From assembly GCF_009914755.1 (NCBI RefSeq), contig NC_060934.1: a stretch of DNA of 64,000 bases, one strand, 5' to 3'. Positions 59,011-64,000 of the stretch are shown piece after piece. How positions within the stretch are numbered: position 1 is the stretch's first letter; every line of letters begins with the position of its first letter. The position numbers and the translations under genes are program-made. The notes beneath the pieces are model-generated. The model saw only the letters and a program-made list of their open reading frames with translations, was not told where the DNA came from and did no database searches. This DNA comes from the human T2T-CHM13v2.0 reference genome, Homo sapiens.

Positions 59011-59546
59011 CTGCCTTTAAAACAACCCATGTTTTCAGACGATGGAAAGTCATACTATTTAAATGCAGCCTGCCTCTCCAATGCCCCTTCTTCCTGCAGT
59101 GGAAGTAAAATAAGCTGACTCCATGAAGCTCTGTTCAAGTATTTCTCTCTCCAACAACTACACACTTCTCTCTGCACATCCTGCTCAATCTTTGCTTAAT
59201 GGCTTAGAAACCATCAAAGTTTCCATTTTTACTTGGTTAAAAGCAATCCATGCACCTGTGGGTAAGGAAGAATGAGAAAAACAAAAGAAATTACTAACTA
59301 CTCTCTCTCACATCAACAAATCAAATAAACTAAGGTGGATGGCTGGCCCTATCAAAGGTGATGATGTCAGCTCAACAGAAACATTAACAACATCCTACTG
59401 GGTTCTATTATTATTATTATTCGGCTCAAACACAACATTGTGCTGCTTTTGGAGAATGTTGATCCATCATTAATGAAAATCTTACATATCCATTCATCCA
59501 TTTATTTGTTCATCCAAATGTTATCTGAGTTCCTATTAAAAAGCTA

Positions 59547-60592
<1,046 letters not shown>

Positions 60593-60659
60593 TTACCTAG
60601 ATACTAAGATTTCTGTGAGAACAGGATTAATTGGGAGGCTGTGGAACTTAAAATTAAGA

Positions 60660-60800
60660 CAGAGGTTTTTGACACAAGGGGCTTCAGAGGATCCAGAAAC
60701 TCTGTGAAACTATATGCAAAATATATATGTGCAAATGGACATTTTTTCTGAATACAAAGATGACTGTAGCTTTCATTCTATTCTCAAAAGTAAAGAACTA
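60660..60800. mobile_element. Possible hAT-Charlie MITE remnant
   Basis: gggcttcag..ctgtgaaactatatgcaaaat..tagctttcattctattctcaaa resembles MER5-group elements; family uncertain. Confidence 0.4.
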
Positions 60801-62089
60801 TTTCAGTATGATCTTATCCCAAAACCCAGTTTTCTACCTCTATCAGTGGAGAGTTTTAAGATCTAATCTTTTACTCAGACTGGGAGATCTGGGTTGCCTA
60901 GACATCAGAGAAGAGCTTTCAAACTTTCTATATGTGGTGAAAAACAGTGATTGCTGAAAACAGAGCAATGCAGAGCAATAGAACTTTTTCCTTTCCATAT
61001 TCTAGTTAAAATTAGCCTAAATATATTTTCATACATACTCAGATATCATGGTGACATGCATCATAGAAACAGACAGTGGCAGCAGGGAGTAGATCAGGGC
61101 TCGTATCTGTAAAACCAACTAGGAAAAGCTTATCAGGCAAGATTGAACCCCCAACTAATACAGCTGACTCCTCCTTGTCCATAAGATCACACCTGTAAAT
61201 TCATTATGGGAATCTGGAGACCTCTGGCTACCTCCCCAATAATAACAAAGAGCTAATACAGTCAAACAGCATAGAAATAAAAATCAGTAATGAAGTACAG
61301 TGATACTAAACACCCACATTCCAAACTACATCTGGACCCTAGAGGATTGCTTCCTAGATAATCAAGGGCTTTTGTGTGTCCAGTCTAATAACACATGCCT
61401 TACCAGTCTTATAAATAACATTTCATTACAGTTTGCAGCACATGTATGGCAAAGGATATATACACATAAGCATATTTGCCATGATGAGTTTCACACAGCT
61501 CCCTCAAATCCATAAGTCTAGAAGGCAAAGAAAGAGTGAAAACATGAGCAATCCAACATACGAGGGGTAGTGCCTGCTAAGAGGTAGGTGGATCTGCCAT
61601 AGACACACTTGTATTCACAGAATGCAATATTATACATGTGACTGCATAGGATGCAACGTTGTGTTTTGCAGCTTTCCTTAACACCTGCTGCTCTGCATCT
61701 CACTGTATGTTCCACATATGAATACACGGAGCCAGGGTTCCAGGAGGGCTCACCCAGCCTATACAGGAAAAGGAGCTAACGTCAACTTAGCAGAGAACTC
61801 CAGTACAAATGTCTAGATGCCTTCGCGACAAGCAATGGTCCATGCCTAAGGACACTCATATATACTTCCCCTCAGCTCATCAAGGGCCTTAGACTGTCAT
61901 GCAATCAGTCCTGAGAATAGGACATAATTATAAATAGAGCTGAAAGTTCTGAAAGACATAACGTCAACTGACCAACACAGAATAAAGAATGGCCTTCTTC
62001 TTCACCATTTCCTAGTGAGAAGAAAAAAATGCTGAGTCAGAAAAGATAAATATAAAAGACATTTTTAAATCTCTTTCAAAGATAATCGC

Positions 62090-62393
62090 AGCCAGGCATG
62101 GTGACTCACGTCTGTAATCCTAGCACTTTGGGAGGCCGAGGTGGGCGGATCACAAGGTCAGGAGTTCGAGACCATCCTGCCTAACACGGTGAAACTCCGT
62201 CTCTACTAAAAATCCAAAAAAAATTAGCCAGGCCTGGTGGTGGGTGCCTGTAGTCCCAGCTACTCAGGAGGGTGAGGCAGGAGAATGGTGTGAACCCGGG
62301 AGGCGGAGCTTGCAGTGAACCGAGATCATGCCACTGCTCCAGGCTGGGCGACAGAGCGAGACTCCGTCTCAAAAAAAAAAAAAAAAAAAGAAA
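62090..62393 (+). mobile_element. AluY within a small L1M fragment (~62040-62490)
   Basis: Y diagnostics; TSD aaagataatcgc. Confidence 0.92.
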
Positions 62394-64000
62394 AAAGATA
62401 ATCGCTTGTTTAAGCAAAAATGAGGGCAATGTATTCTAGAGTTTATGACACATGTAAAAAGTAAAATGCATGACTATAATAACACAAAGAACACTTCATA
62501 CCAATAAAAGTGTCGATTCATCAAGAGAGCAGAGGATACAAAATGGGGATAGGAGGAGAATAACAGGAAGCCCTGAGTCTCAGGAGACAGACCAGAACGA
62601 AGAATAGAAGGCAATGTGGACAAGACAATGGAACAGGATAATGAGGAAGAGGACAACAGATCACGAGAATGAGAGAAAAGCCACAGAGATCACAGAGGCC
62701 AGAGATAGAATAGCTAGGACAAAAAGGAAAGAAAATAGAATGAAAGAGAAAGTAAAACCAGAAGGGAATCAGAAGATGCAGGCGGAAACAACTACTACTA
62801 CCACCTTGTTTAGTACTACAATGTGTAATTTCATTCAAGTTATAGACATAAACCATGTGTACTTATTATAAATCCAACAACTATACCAACATCTGAAGAT
62901 CTGCATCATTATTGTGTTTTCTCTTTAATCCTATGCTTTTAGAGCCTAACAATCATACAACTATCCATAGGCAGCAATAATAGTCCTTTATATTAAAAGG
63001 AGGTGTTGCTACCTAAGAAATTCTACTGTTGGTCATTTCCATCTCTTTTGATCTCTCTTTAACTCTCCTGACATTCTTTCAATCTCAACCTCTCACACAA
63101 TCATACTCTCCTCTCCTAAAATATCAAAATGCCACTATTGCCACTTAATGTTATTCTCCTACTCCCCCTTTACCACCATAGGCAGTAACTGCAAAAACTT
63201 GCTAATCCATTAACTAAAGATCTCTACTTCCCATTATGGAGGACTAAATTTAGAAAGCCAAACTGGGTTGGGAGGAAATCATGTGTCACAACGAATGAGA
63301 TGAATTCCATGGAAGGGGGCTGGGTTACTGGCCTGTTTCTTATAAAGGCTCTGACACTAACACACCCTATTCTGCTGAAAATACAGAGCAGCTCTCCCAT
63401 GGGTGGGCAACCCTTCATCACTGTAATCATCTGGAGAAGATTTTATTGTACCATCAGGTCTCAAAAGCCACAGGACCTAGTAGCAAGCAACTGCCTCAGG
63501 GAACATGTCTCCTCTGCTTTCCTGAAACCTCCAACTTAGTCACACAAAAGAAAGGGGTGGCAAGCCAGCATTAATTGTACCCTTAGAGAAGAGGCACTTC
63601 CCCCCTGCAGGGGTAGCAGTGACTTTACTGGGCTACCAAATGGTTAGAAAGACAAAAGTAAACACTGTAATTTGCTGTTTTGTCTCTGGCACAGGGGGAG
63701 TGGTACAAGTGACACTGTCTGTAAACAGTAATAATGCCAGATGTAACACAAAGAACAGGATTCCCGCATCTCCCCACCCCGTCCCCATCCCTCCATCTCT
63801 CCCTATGACATTCCTGAAGAAACACACAGAAGCCTCCCTACAGTCCATATGCGGCTATCAAATGAAACCGAGTGAGAACCCAAGTTTGTACCGACTCCTC
63901 CTACCTCATTCTTACTCAAAGGAAGATTTATTGGAACACAAGAAATACTCAATTGTTTTTACCAGTTGACAAAAAATATAGGAAGGGGAAGGAACAAGGG

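Overview
Human (or great-ape) genomic DNA, densely populated with Alu and L1 repeats. It lies inside the minus-strand gene ARMH3 (C10orf76). Three internal coding exons are present (46659-46741, 45606-45732, 28866-28941); they have canonical splice sites and splice in frame to ...[96 protein letters not shown]... The rest is intron: about 55 Alu copies or fragments, old L1M remnants, L2/MIR/L3 relics, MLT LTRs, Tigger4a, MADE1 and MER63 DNA transposons, and a Y1 RNA retropseudogene. I see no new gene system. The most notable observations are an apparent ~1 kb Alu-initiated 3' transduction nested in an older Alu (52145-53199), a 210-nt exon pair whose circular form would have no in-frame stop, a 23-bp L1 micro-insertion with a 20-bp TSD, a 150-bp local duplication, and several homeodomain/Pbx-Meis motif clusters in repeat-free DNA. 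Repeat boundaries and subfamilies were read by eye and are approximate.
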